Part shown: positions 1-12,539 of the stretch, one piece after another | Layout: each line of letters opens with the position of its first letter | How positions within the stretch are numbered: position 1 is the first letter of the stretch | Source: Octopus sinensis | Taxonomy: Eukaryota | NCBI RefSeq assembly: GCF_006345805.1 | Contig: NC_043001.1 | Location: 88,846,001-88,910,000, forward strand | Reading direction: 5' to 3' | DNA: 64,000 nt | Program-made: the position numbers and the translations under genes | Notes under the pieces: generated by a model | Told to the model about the DNA's origin: nothing | The model's input: the letters and a program-made list of their open reading frames with translations, nothing else | The model's database searches: none

Positions 1-370
1 CAACTGGTCACTTATGATCAGGTAGACAACAGAATCTGACTTGATAAGGAGACGGACTGGTTATTGTGAACAAGAGGGCTCACCTAAGTATAAATTACTA
101 TTCAGTTACATTGCCTTGAGAATGAGACACAGACCAGGAAATAAAATATAGATTAGATGGAGGTATGAGAGTATAAAGATCCCTATTTCCAAACAGCATA
201 TGATGTCTGTTTTGATGGAAGGAGGAAATGATATAAAACCATTAAGTTGGAGAGAACTGAGGTGTTTGTATGGAGTCCTTGACCAGTTCTGATAGGATTA
301 AAACAACTAGGATTACTGTTTGGATAGATTCAGAACAGAGTCCATTTTTAGCAAAGTGACGAGACTTATG
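1..370 (-). mobile_element. Possible degenerate L2/CR1-type endonuclease fragment
   Basis: Broken minus-strand translation loosely resembling LINE APE N-terminal motifs. No intact motif. Confidence 0.25.
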
Positions 371-587
371 TTACACACACACACACACAAATAGGCTCTT
401 TTTAGTTTGTTTGCCAAATCCATTCACAAACTTTTGGTCGACCTGAGATTATAGTAGAAGACACTTGCCCAAGGTGCTACACAGTAGGATTGAACCTGGA
501 ACCATGTGGTTGGGAAGCAAACTTCTTAACCATACAGCATTATGCATATATGTATGTATGTATATATCACGCACACACACATATTTT

Positions 588-639
<52 letters not shown>

Positions 640-650
640 GTGTGTATGTG

Positions 651-701
<51 letters not shown>

Positions 702-810
702 CTGCTCACTTAGCCAGCGGGGTGGCGTCATTCGAAGGCTAAAACAATGCGAACGCATTGTGACCAGCGATGTGTAACTACATCTGATGGACTGGTCGGA
801 AAAATTAAAA

Positions 811-852
<42 letters not shown>

Positions 853-869
853 GTGTATATCTATATGTG

Positions 870-913
<44 letters not shown>

Positions 914-1436
914 CATGCATGAATTAAAGGTAATGCTAATGCTACTTCGTCATAATCCTTATTATTATCATTATACATATATATATGTATGTGTTGGTGT
1001 ATGTATGTATGTATGTATATAAAACATACATGGTTAGAAACTCTTGGGAGAGCTGAACAACAGAAGGTCTTCATAGAAGATTCCGCCATCAGGCAAACGT
1101 TTCAGCCCTTAACTTCTTACACTTTAAGCCAGGTTACTTCCAAGCCATGACCCCTCGATGCCCTTCTGCTGACACTTTTTAACCACTTGAACATTGAGAC
1201 CTGTGTGCATTCAAACTGTACGAAGATTTGACAAGATTTAGCTGATGTAATGATAGTGCAGGCTGGTATGTGGAATGTTTTTTTGGGGATTTTTTTTGTG
1301 TGTGTGAATGTGTGTATGGCATTTACTTCTGATCAAAGGGATCTGTGAGGAAAAGACATTCCATCTATTGCCTCACACATCATATTTTACCAAGCACAAA
1401 TGTATATTTGTGTTTGTGTGTGAATTAATATATTTC

Positions 1437-1469
<33 letters not shown>

Positions 1470-1508
1470 TATATACATAGATATATATATTTATACATAT
1501 ATATACAC

Positions 1509-1623
<115 letters not shown>

Positions 1624-2221
1624 TATACACATATATACATACATACAGATATATATATATATATATAATGATATTTCACTTAGCATAGCAATACTCATAA
1701 CCTGGTCTAAGGTGGCAAGTTGGCAGAATTGTTAGCATGCTTGCTAGGCAAAATGCTTAGCAGCATTTCATCCATCTTTATGTTCTGAGTTCAAATTCCG
1801 CCAAGATTGACTTCACCTTTCATCCTTTCAGGAGCACTGGGGTTGATATAATCAATTTACCCCACTCTCCAAGAGCTTGCTGTTCTTGTATCAAAAATTT
1901 AAAACTAACTCACTAACTTGATGTTAGAACTCAATACACGTATGCTTTAGAGAAAAATGTCAGTTGAGTAGAGAGTGTAATAAGAGATTATATAGATGAC
2001 AAAGGTACAAGAAATTATGTCATGAGGTTCATTGTATAATTTTCTTGTTCCTTTGTCATTTACATAATCTTTCATATAAGCATATGATGGCGAAAGGAAA
2101 TGGAATATATGGAAAACTTTATTGCTCATATGTATATATATATATATATGTGTACATACATGTGTATCTATGTATATATATGTGTATGTATGTGTGTGTA
2201 TGTATGTGTATGTATGTATGT

Positions 2222-2287
<66 letters not shown>

Positions 2288-2886
2288 TCTTTTTTTATTC
2301 CTGTTTCAGTCATTTGATTGCAGCCATGCTGGAGCACTGTTCTAAAGGGTTTTAGTCAAAGAAATTGACCCTAAGTCTTATTCTTTATATGCCTTGTACT
2401 TATTCTATTGGTCTCTTTTGCCAAACCACTAAATTACAGGGACATAAACACACCAGCATTGATTGTCAAGCAATGGCTGGTAGGGGGAACAAACACAGAC
2501 ATGCACACATAACTACACACACAAACACACACATACACACACACACACATACATATATATATATACATACACCCACACACAATGAGCTTTTTTCAGTTTC
2601 TGTCTATCAAATCCACTTACAAGGCTATAGTAGAAGACACTTGGCCCAAGCTGTCATGCAGTAGGACTGAACCCAGAACCATGTGATTGAGAAGCAAGCT
2701 TCTTACCACACGCCTATATATACATATATAGAGTGGTTGGCGTTAGGAAGGGCATCCAGCCGTAGAAACACTGCCAGATCTGACTGGGCCTGACGAAGCC
2801 TTCCAGCTTCACAGACCCCAGTTGACCCGTCCAACCCATGCTAGCATGGAAAGCGGACGCTAAACGATGATGATGATGATGATGAT

Positions 2887-2917
<31 letters not shown>

Positions 2918-2918
<1 letters not shown>

Positions 2919-2969
2919 CAAAAACTGTCTGATGAACGGCAACGAGAAACTCAGAGTAACAGATTTTGT
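2918..2969 (+). ncRNA. Minimal type I hammerhead ribozyme
   Basis: ACAAAA-A-CTGT (stem I) - CTGATGA (2929-35) - A-CG-GCAA-CG-A (short stem II, GNRA loop) - GAAA (2946-49) - CTC-A-GAG (palindromic stem III) - TA (GUA triplet) - ACAG-A-TTTTGT (stem I complement, 10 bp around an A.A mismatch). Confidence 0.75.
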
Positions 2970-3032
2970 TGAATTTTCTGCTGCTTAAAATAAAGTATAT
3001 ACATATATATATATATACATATATATATGTAC

Positions 3033-3110
<78 letters not shown>

Positions 3111-3189
3111 CTTAGATTGGTTGGGCCACTATCAGCCCAGGCCATGACTAACTCAATAGCACCACCTGGAAAAGTCTTTTAGTTAATTA

Positions 3190-5950
3190 TTTCGGGACAT
3201 CATGGGCCACTCAAGCAGAAAGTTGCTGTTGGTTGAGACATATCAAGGTGTAAGTGGTTTATATGGTATTTCCTGGAGGAATTTGTCCAGGTACCATTTG
3301 AAAGTTGTGGGGGCTTTTTCATCTTAAAATTCTTTTGGGATAACATTAGAAAGAGCAGGACCATTTGCAGTGAAGAAATTGTGTCACAATGTTCTTATGT
3401 GATGTGATCTTGACATTTGTAGGGGACGCATTGCACAGGGGCCTATTCTTGGGTGAATTGTAAATATAATACTGATATCATTTGGATAATATTGGTAGAA
3501 TATTTTCCACATGGTGCAAATAATGTATTGCTCATGGCGGCATTGCAGAGAATAGTTTCAGCTGTTTAAGTTGAGCCCAATAATGAAGTCCCATCAGGCC
3601 ATTTATTTTTTTAGTGATTGATCTTTGTGGTGCTTCAATCTTTATTATGTCCTTTTTTTTTGTAGGGGGACCACAATGAGCAGCAATATTCGAGGTGAGA
3701 CATCGCAAATGTGGAGAAGAGAAGGATGATGGCTTCATGATCTATCCATGAGCACATTCTGCGAGCAACATTGACTTTTTTGTTGATGTGTACACTTCAG
3801 CTAAAGTTGCTGTCAACAGTTACACCTAAGTCCCTGATATTATTTGTCAGTTCAAGTAGTTCCCCCAACAGTAGTGTATATGGTTGTTTGAGTGTGTCCT
3901 CTTTTCCAAAGTAGATGAGCTCAAATTTATATTCGTTCAAATGCATATTGTTTTTTTGTGCCCACTGGGTTACTTCACATAGGTCCAATTGAAGCATTGT
4001 TCGATCATGTACTCCCTTAATGATTTTCTGGAGCTTAGAGACATCTGCAAATATCTTAATAGTGCTATGTTCAGTGGAATCTGCAATGTCATTGATATAG
4101 ACAATAAAAAGAAGTGGACTCAGCACAGTACCCTGTGGGACTCCACTGATGACTTTTGCTGGTCTTGATGGATGCCATCAACCACAACATGCTGAGTCCT
4201 GTTTGTTTGGAAATACCTAATCCATTGAAGTAGCTTTTCACTGACTCCAGCATTGAATAGTTTCCTTAACGGTATATTGTGGCTGATTCTGTCAAAGGCC
4301 TTGCTGGAATCAAGGTATATGACATCCATGTTGACATCCACTTAGTGCATTTAAGATGTCATCAAAATAGTGGAGGAGCTGTGATAGACAGTCCCTCCCA
4401 CCACGAAAGCCATGCTGGTTGCAATTTAGGAGATGATTTTGTTCTAGAAAGGCTATTATTCTTGATCTCAACACTCTCTCAAATACTTTGATGATATGTG
4501 AGGTGAGTGAGATTGAACAGTAGTTTACTGGGAGTGATTTATTCTCTTTTTTAAAGATATGAATGACTGACTGGGAGAGAAGGTTTTGAGGGATAAAACT
4601 GACATACAGTGATTTCCTCCAGAGATTTGCAAGAGGAGCTGCAAGTTGCTGTCTGCATTCCTTCAGCACTCTAGCAGGGAACCTGTCAGGACCCACTGCT
4701 GAATCGGGTTTGATTTTTTTTATTGCTGCTAGGATATCAGTGGCATTGAAGGTTATGTCGGAAAGGACAATGCTGAAGATTCAAAGAAGCAAAGCTGCTT
4801 CAGTCATCTGAATCAGGGTCATTGTAAGCAGAGCAGTATTGACTTTGCAGGATCTCAGCCATGTCTATGGCATTACTGTGAAGGATGCCATTTCCATCAA
4901 CTAGTGGGCCGATAGAGGAAACTGGTCCTATGTGTTTTTTTGCAAAGGAGTAAAAGACCTTAGGATTATTCTCGATGTTTTTAATAGCCCAGGCTTCCTC
5001 TGTAGCTCTTTGGTCATTCACAAGAGTCCTCCTACAGTCCTGGAGTTGTTGCTTCTTTGATTCCAAGGTAGTTATACTCAAATAGTTGCCATGCGTTTGT
5101 GTTTGTTGTGGTATTAGAGGAAGCAAGGGTGAAGGACCAGACCACTTGCGATAAGTCTTGAGTGATCCCACTCCAGTTTGACTTGTGTAAATTCATATTA
5201 TCAAATGGGTGCACAGGAGTTTGTGATTTATCCCAAATTTTTGGATGCTGAAGATTGAGGTTACAGAGTACTATGTCATGATTGGACAGGAGTTTTTTTT
5301 TCTACTGTGATGCTATGAATAGTGTTAGCATGGTTGCTTAGCACTAGGTCCAGGACACTTTGATTGTTTCTGGTTGGTTCATGGACAAGTTGTGACAGGA
5401 AAAATTTATCAACAATTTTAAAAGTAACTCTACTGTAGCTTTGTCTGAGCTTGAGGTGAAGGTTCTTGGTCTAACAATATTAGTGGACCAATCTACAGAG
5501 GGTAGGTTGAAGTCACCCATCATCAGAATATTTCATGGGTTACATTGCAGGAGGAAAGATTTGATCTTCCCGAGGTACTCTTGGAAATAATGTAAGGGTG
5601 CTTGTGGGGGTCTGTAGAGCCCAATCACAGACAGGTCTTTAACCTTGTTGTGAACAGAGATTGATTCACAACAGCCATTGGAGAAAATGTCCTTGGCCTC
5701 AGTGCTGAAAATAGGAAAATAGCAGCTTCACCCTTTCTTTGGCCTGCCTGATCAGCACGAATGGCAGTGAAGTCTCTGATTTTCAGTTCAGCCTCTAAAT
5801 GACAGTCATTTAGGTGGGTCCCAATTAGGACAAAGAAAGGAATTGGATGTGAGTGTGCTGCAATCCATCTCTCAATGCAGGGTATTTTCCATTTTTGAGC
5901 TGGGTTGATACCTTGGACATTAAGGGAGGAATGTCATTGTTAAGGCAGCA
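3190..5950 (-). mobile_element. Degenerate CR1/L2-group LINE ORF2 (APE endonuclease + RT + C-terminus)
   Basis: IGLYRPP and MGDFNLP (endonuclease, 5490-5640); GPDRFPARVLK, LNCNQHGF, YLDSSKAFDRISH, QGTVLSPLLFIVYINDI and IFADVSK (RT); FKWYLDKFL near 3290. Multiple frameshifts. Confidence 0.9.
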
Positions 5951-6026
5951 GCTTCGTTGCATTTCTTCAGGATCTACACATCATGTTTGTTGTTGTTGTT
6001 ACTCAGTGGCAGTAGCAATATATATA

Positions 6027-6218
6027 TAGGGATAGTTTACGAAAAAACAAAAGACGAAGACAGCTGGTGTACAAAACAAACAGATGTATTAGTATAACGC
6101 TCAGGAATAGAAAAAGTATTTTACGTTTCGAGCCTATGCTCTTCTACAGAAAGGGACACAGAAAAAACAAGGAGAGAAAAAAAATGTATGTAGTGGCTAT
6201 TGATCTGTCATGGCGACT
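6027..6218 (-). mobile_element. Short interspersed repeat with a hammerhead-like motif (copy 1)
   Basis: Near-identical to 28895-29077. Sits between (TA)n runs. Confidence 0.7.
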
Positions 6219-6989
6219 GATATATATATATACACACACACACATGTATATATACACACATACATTCATACACATATATATATAATGTAGGCATGGCAGT
6301 GTAGTTAAGAATTTTCCTTCCAAACCTCAGTTTTCAAATCAGTTCATTTTATTTTGTAGCATTATGATATATTATCAAGTATCATAAATTATGTTGTACA
6401 TCTACAACCACATCACAGACACTATTCTTCTGTGTCACTTGGAGAGTAATTTCTGGCCAGTTTTTACAAGCCATGAGGGAGAATTGTTTGTCTGTTTCAT
6501 TTTTCTTTTTAATTTAAATTACTTTTTAATAGTTTTCAATTCTTTAAATTCTTCTATTCTTAACTCTCAAAGGACTTAATGACTTTGTATGTCATATTAT
6601 ATATAGTCATTCTTTAGCAATGTCCACTGGCCTTTGGTCTTGCATGGGGTGGGATGGGAACTAATGGAAACAAGGGTGAGGAGGTACAATGATAGAACAG
6701 ACTGGTATGTGGAATCTGTTTTTTTCTTTTGTCTATGTGTGTGTGTTTGCTTCTGAAGTTGTTACTTTGCTTTAGGTCAGTTCTGATCAAAATGATCTAT
6801 GATAAAAAGACATTCTAGCTATGACCACCTCATCAATTTGGTCAAGCACAAATGTATATGTGTGTGTACTAATATATATATATACTGTTTATTCTAATAA
6901 AGGTCTCTCGCTCTGTCTGAATATATATATATATATGTCTCTCTCTCCCCCTCTGTCTCTTTTTCTCTCTCTTGTTGCTCACACGTGAC

Positions 6990-7410
6990 CATCTTTCTTT
7001 CCTGCACGGATGTTCTAAGGAATGGATGTCTCCTATCTCTCCCTTCTTTCTTTTCTCTTTCCAAAGAAAATATTTCTCTCAGCATTCTCTATTTTCCCCT
7101 TGTTCAGGTCTAACAACCCTCCATGTTTGTTTTCATTCGGTTTCCTTGTATGTCTCCACTGTCCAGCTTTTGTTCCTAACTTTGACCCTCCATTAATCCA
7201 TAATTTTATTTTGGTATTTCTGGGAGCAACTATCTTTGAAGACTCATATTGTCGTTGATTTCTCAAAATGGGGAGTAGATAGACAGCCGACAATTGATGA
7301 AGGGTCATTCTTTGTATCACTTGTCCTTTTTTCTCTCTCATTATTTGCATATTTAACTCATTTGTTTTCGTATTTCACATTGCTTACTGCTGGTGATGTC
7401 CTGTACCCAT
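6990..7410 (+). mobile_element. Probable PLE terminal-repeat fragment (same family as 36965-37115)
   Basis: Shares the block GAGTAGATAGACAGCCGACAATTGATGAAGGG ... GATGTCCTGTACCCATATA with the reverse complement of 36965-37110. Confidence 0.45.
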
Positions 7411-7448
7411 ATATGCATATATATATATATATATATTACACATACATA

Positions 7449-8261
7449 TGAGGTAGTATAATAAAGTTCTTGGACTAGCTCTGTAGTGTGCCAACAGATG
7501 GCAATATATAATTGTGTGCACAATGAGAGCGAGCAGTGACCTTTGTTAGATAGTTTGTGAAACTTGTGTCTTTGTAATTATATATATGCTGTAGTCTGCA
7601 ATTATGTCATGGACAGGAACAAAGAGCCAATGTGAAACTTTGCGTTAAACTTGAGAAGTCTGCTACAAAGACAGTGAGCATGCTCGACAAGCTTACAGTG
7701 ATGAGGTAATAGGTCATACACAATGTTTTGAGTGGCATGGCCACTTCAAAAACGGAAGAATGTCCATGGAAAATGATGAGTGATCTGGCAGACCTGGCAT
7801 GAGCATCATCACCAGAAACGTGGTATTGTGTATTGAGAATTCGTTCCTCAGGGCCAGACTCTCGATCAAAAGTTCTACTGCGAATTTTTGAAGCATTTGA
7901 GGGAAGAAAGTGATCGGATCTGTGAAGCACAAAGAATTGGATTCTTCTCTGAGCTCTCCTCACTTGTTTCTCTCTAAAAACATGTCACTTCTGCACCAAC
8001 CCTTTTTGCCAGATATAGCAACTGTGAAATTCCATCTCTTTCCCCAAGATGAAAATGCAGCGCGCAAAGATTGCCGTTTCAACACAATTGTCAAGATCCA
8101 GTGCAAATTGCAGAAAGTCCTCGACTCACTTATGGAAAACAACTTCCAGGCTGGATTCCAAAAGTGGTAGTAATGCTCGGATTGGTGTAGTGCTGTGCAA
8201 GGTGATTATTTTGAAGATGATGTTAAAACTTAGGTAAATAAGTTTTTTTTATACCACCTCA
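7449..8261 (+). mobile_element. Internally deleted mariner element
   Basis: TIRs TGAGGTAGTATAATAAAGTT / AAGTTTTTTTTATACCACCTCA, flanked by TA. Transposase start EQRANVKLCVKLEKSATKT at ~7615. Confidence 0.8.
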
Positions 8262-8267
8262 TATATA

Positions 8268-9428
8268 TTGGGTCATCCCATAAATAATGCAGTTTTTGCA
8301 ATTGCATGAACTAAAAGTTGGAAGGGAATGGGATAAACTACCTGCATCGACTTGCTATAAAAGCAGATAGTAATTTCATCTTGTTCTTATTCTTCATGCA
8401 AGGAACATATTCGGCATATTTAGCTTTATGAGTGGAAAAAAAGGCAACATCTCAATGGAAAGTGTGAGGAATATAAATGCAGTATATAGGGATTGGACAA
8501 CAAGTGTAAGTCAGTGTCAATGGTGGTTCCAGAAATTCCAAGCCAGAAACTGCAATCTAGAAGACAAGCCTTGTCCTGGAAGATCTGTAGAGCTTGACAA
8601 GGATGCCCTGCAAACCCTGGTGGAACATAATCTCATCATAACTGTTGAGAAACTAGCAGAAAAGCTTGAATTTGGTCATTCAACTATTCATCAACACTTG
8701 CATGCCATCGGAAAAGTCAGCAAATTGGGTCAATGGGTTCCTCATAAACTTTCTGAGTCTAATCACATGCAGAGAATGAATGTATGCTCTTCTTTGCTGT
8801 CATGTCTCACAAATGAACCTTTTTAGGACCAAGTAGTGACTGGTGATGAGAAATGGGTTCTCTATGAAAATGTCAAGTACCAAAGACACTGGGTAGGGAA
8901 AAGGAGAAACACCGGCACCCCAGGCTAAAGAAGGTCTCCACCTACATAAGGTGTTGTTATCTGTTTGTTGGGATATGAAAGGTTTAGTCCACTTTGAACT
9001 TTTAAAACCAAACCAAATGATAACAAAGATCTACTGTGAACACCTTAAGTCACTGCTAGAAGGAAAATGACCATCATTGGTTTCAAGATGAAAGGTGTTC
9101 TTCCATTAGGATAATGCTTGGCCACATACAGCAAGGCCGACATTCCAAAAGCTGGAACAGTTTGAATGGGAATCATTTATTCCACAGTTTTCAAAATCAT
9201 TTGGATGGAAAAAATATGAATTCTGTAAACGAGGTCAGAACAATACTCGAGGAGTATTTTTCATCACAGACAAGTGAATTTTGGAAGAGGGGCCTTACAA
9301 GTCTACCAGATAGATGGAAGAGCATTGTAGAAAATGAAGGTGAGTATATTTTAGATTAAAAAAGAACTTTATCGTAATATTGAAAAATAAAAGAAGTATA
9401 AAATAATGCATTATTTATGGGATCACCC
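8268..9428 (+). mobile_element. Near full-length defective mariner (Hsmar1/SETMAR-like transposase)
   Basis: TIR TTGGGTCATCCCATAAATAATGC / GCATTATTTATGGGATCACCC. ORF 8428-8826 has CQWWFQKF and LGQWVPHKL. GDEKW at ~8842. Stops and frameshifts follow. Confidence 0.9.
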
Positions 9429-9766
9429 TATATATATATACTGGCGTCCGTATCGGTGACACGTAAAGGCACCAACTGATCGTAGCCATTTGCCAGCCTC
9501 CTCTGGCCCCTGTGCCAGTGGCACGTAAAAAGCACCCACTACACTCATGGAGTGGTTGGCGCTAAGAAGGGCATCCAGCTGTAGAAACTCTGCCATATCA
9601 GACTGGAGCCTGGTGCAGCCTCCTGGCTTCCCAGACCCCAGTCGAACCGTCCAACCCATGCAAGCATGGAAAACAGATGTTAAATGATGATGATGATATA
9701 TATATATGCTAGCTTGCAAATGGACATTAAATAATAATGATGATGATATATAATATATATATATAT

Positions 9767-9943
9767 ACAAGGTGGAAAAATAGTACTTGAATACTAATAT
9801 GCTTTTTATTTATATCAAATCATATATTACATGTACCATCACAATTTTATTCCAGTCTTGATCACAGCTGTCCGACAAATGAGAATACGAAACTCAGAGT
9901 AACAGTTTTTGTTATTTTTTTGCAGCTTTGATAAAAATAAATT
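9767..9943 (+). mobile_element. Longer, degenerate copy of the repeat carrying the 2918 hammerhead (PLE terminal-repeat-like)
   Basis: Shares GAAACTCAGAGTAACAG-TTTTGTT and the downstream A/T tail with 2946-2996. The core has decayed to CCGACAA. TA/TG repeats flank it. Confidence 0.6.
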
Positions 9944-10669
9944 ATATATATGTGTGTGTGTGTGTAGCTAGATTAAATAGATAGATAGACAGACAGACAG
10001 ATAGATACATCAGCTGAGGCACAACCTGAAATGTAAGAACTACTAAAATTTGTGATGGACAGAGATTCTTGATGGGCATGATAAAATGCATCTTGTCTGC
10101 AACTGCTTGAAGAAGGCCACAAATGTAGTAACACTTGTCAAACACACAACTATTTGTTGCCAATTCATATCTGTTCGTTGAAATATTTTTATTTCACTGG
10201 TCCTCACACACTGAAGTCAACAAAACTGCTGAAACTACAGGACTTTTGTTTATCAGAGAACATAAATAGCACTTTTTCTCACGTAATACATGCATGAGTA
10301 CATATATAAATATACGTGTATAGATATGTGACTTATTTAGCTCCTGATCAAGCAGATCTATGATCAAAGATGTTCCAGCCATGCCTATTCTGTTCTTTTT
10401 TTTTAAACTTAGGGTATACTAGATCACATTTTCCTATGTATTGCTTTCTAAGAGAGTATGATATTATTTTAAAGAAATTTGGTTTCTATGTATAACACAT
10501 CAAGTGACCACATAAAAGGCTCCTTTGTTGGATTATGAGGTGTGGAATGTTCTTTCTGAATTTAAAAAAAAAATTATTTAAAAGACAGTCAAAAGAAGAG
10601 CAGTAATCCTGATCTTTATTTTTTTTTTCAGGGCCTCTGAAACTGACGAGAAGTCTTAAATTAGATCTG

Positions 10670-10724
10670 AGGTTTGGCATGAATGCTTTTAATAAAGCCT
10701 GTTAAAAGCATTCATGCCAAACCT
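10670..10724. repeat. Perfect 23-bp inverted repeat with 9-nt loop
   Basis: AGGTTTGGCATGAATGCTTTTAA-TAAAGCCTG-TTAAAAGCATTCATGCCAAACCT. Confidence 0.95.
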
Positions 10725-11029
10725 AAGTGATTGCTTATATTTATGACATTGTAGGGTAAGTGAGAGGCTAGATCTGGCCAGTTTGAACATAAAACAGGTA
10801 GAATATTTTAGCCAGATACGGCTGGATTAAATGCTAAAGGGTTAAAAACTAGCTTTAAAGAAGGCTCTTTAAAAAATTCCTATTTTCTTTTTCACACATT
10901 CACTCGTATAGATTTGCAACAGCACTCTCTAAAAGAACATGTTTCAGTGGCTGGAAATATGTTAAGCTATAAAGAACATGAGAGACAGAAACCTAACTGT
11001 TTATTGCAATATTATTTATTTTTATGTGC

Positions 11030-11325
11030 CCTTTTCAAGCCTAACCAGGCTCATGGGCCCGGTTTCCCAGTTTCCATGGCGTATGTGTTCCCCCCAGCTG
11101 GACGGGATGCCAGTCCATCGCAGCGTTACTCAAGAAACAGGAAGAGTGAGAGAAAGTTGGGGTGAAAGAGTACCACAGGGGTCACCACCATCCCCTGCTG
11201 GAGCCTTGTGGAGCTTTAGGTGTTTTTGCTCAATAAACACACACAACGCCCGGTCTGGGAATCAAAACCGCAACCCTCCGACCACAAGTCCGCTACTTTA
11301 ACCACTGGGCCATTGCGTGTCCACC
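11030..11325 (-). mobile_element. tRNA-derived SINE (separate family)
   Basis: Minus-strand GGCCCAGTGGTTAAAG A-box and GGTTTTGATTCCC B-box-like head, followed by a non-tRNA body. Confidence 0.65.
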
Positions 11326-11989
11326 ATTTATTGCAATAGACACATCAAAAGCAAGCTTTTTTTCCTGGACCCTTAAGATACTACTGTGGATCCTCAATTT
11401 ATTATTTTGTTTGTGTGGACACCCAAGGGTCATGGGGACACAGTTTGAGAACCACTGATGTAAAACAACTGTGTAGAGGCTCTCTCTGCATTATGTAGTG
11501 ATGAAAAACATTGTGTGAAGTGTGGGGATGTGAAATATAATGTTTAGTGTGTGAAACTCAGTAGTGAGATGCACAGAGTGTGTTGCATACAGCATGGTAC
11601 TGTAGTGTGACGGTTAGTACTGTGGTTTTAGACGTGGTGTGTGATGTAGTGTTTGCATAGACGAGCAGAGTTGTATATAGTATGACATGGGGTGGAGTAA
11701 AATGTGGTTTAAGATGATGTGATGTGTGATCACTCTTAACCTTCACCCCTAGGTAGAATATGCTTCACCAAAGAGGGATTAATAAGTGTAAAACATGCTT
11801 ATAGCTTTCACCAGTTCCTTTGAATGATCATATCTATTCTAAACTGCATCGTCTATATTTTCAAAAAGAAAAAATTTATCCACTGATCGTATTGGATCTC
11901 ATTGAGCGTTAAAAAAACAAACAAAAAAAAACTTTATTTTTCTTTTAAACACTCCTTGACAACTTCTTTGTCTCAGTTGATTTGTAGGA

Positions 11990-12411
11990 AGCTGAAGTTC
12001 CCTACTGGCTCTTCTGATCGATTTACGGGGGCTCCGCTCGAAGGCAGTTCGAACTCGCTCAACTGTATCACCTGAAGTTGAGGGGTGTCCCGTTCTATTA
12101 GCTGGTCACAAATACCCATCCTTACCATGCCATCTCATTATGGACTTCCTTTCTGGTGCTTCTTTACGGAATTTTGTGCGAAATGCACGTTGAATAAGTG
12201 TCCATGATTCAGTTTTTGCAAATTTAAGGACGCAAAACGCCTTTTCTGGTTGAGTGAAGGCCATTACTGGATCTGAAAAAATCATTAGCATTACAGAAAA
12301 AAAAAACTTAATGAATTTGGTTTTAAAATGGTACCAGTTTCATCTCACTACAAATCATAGTCCAGCAGATATGAGGACTTGAAATGTTCCCAAGACTTCT
12401 GGAATACCCAG
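11990..12411 (-). mobile_element. Tc1/mariner-superfamily relic (DUF4817-type N-terminal HTH), 3'-truncated
   Basis: MAFTQPEKAFCVLKFAKTESWTLIQRAFRTKFRKEAPERKSIMRW. TIR-like CTGGGTATTCCAGAAGTC next to TA at 12412-13. Confidence 0.7.
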
Positions 12412-12539
12412 TATTTTACGTATGTGAGATCCGACTGTAATAGTGTTGTGTGTGCATGTGGGTTCTGGTGTGTAGTGACATTGATTTGTTGGCTCGTGTG
12501 GTGTAACTACTCAAGGAACGAGAATCTTGATAACACCCT

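Noticed and set aside
1085-1135. GGCTGAAACGTTTGCC on the minus strand, typical of PLE ribozyme 3' halves
   Set aside because: No CUGANGA core upstream. At most a decayed remnant.
7225-7330. Hammerhead-like words (TTGAAGA...AAAA...GTA-GATAG; TTGATGAAGGG)
   Set aside because: A possible CTATC/GATAG stem I exists, but stem II, stem III and GAAA do not form in this copy. It needs a family consensus.
9490-9530. GCC-TCCTCT-GGC in the RTE tail resembles the HDV ribozyme P3/L3
   Set aside because: No matching P1, P2 or J4/2 elements could be placed, and the loop lacks the conserved G.
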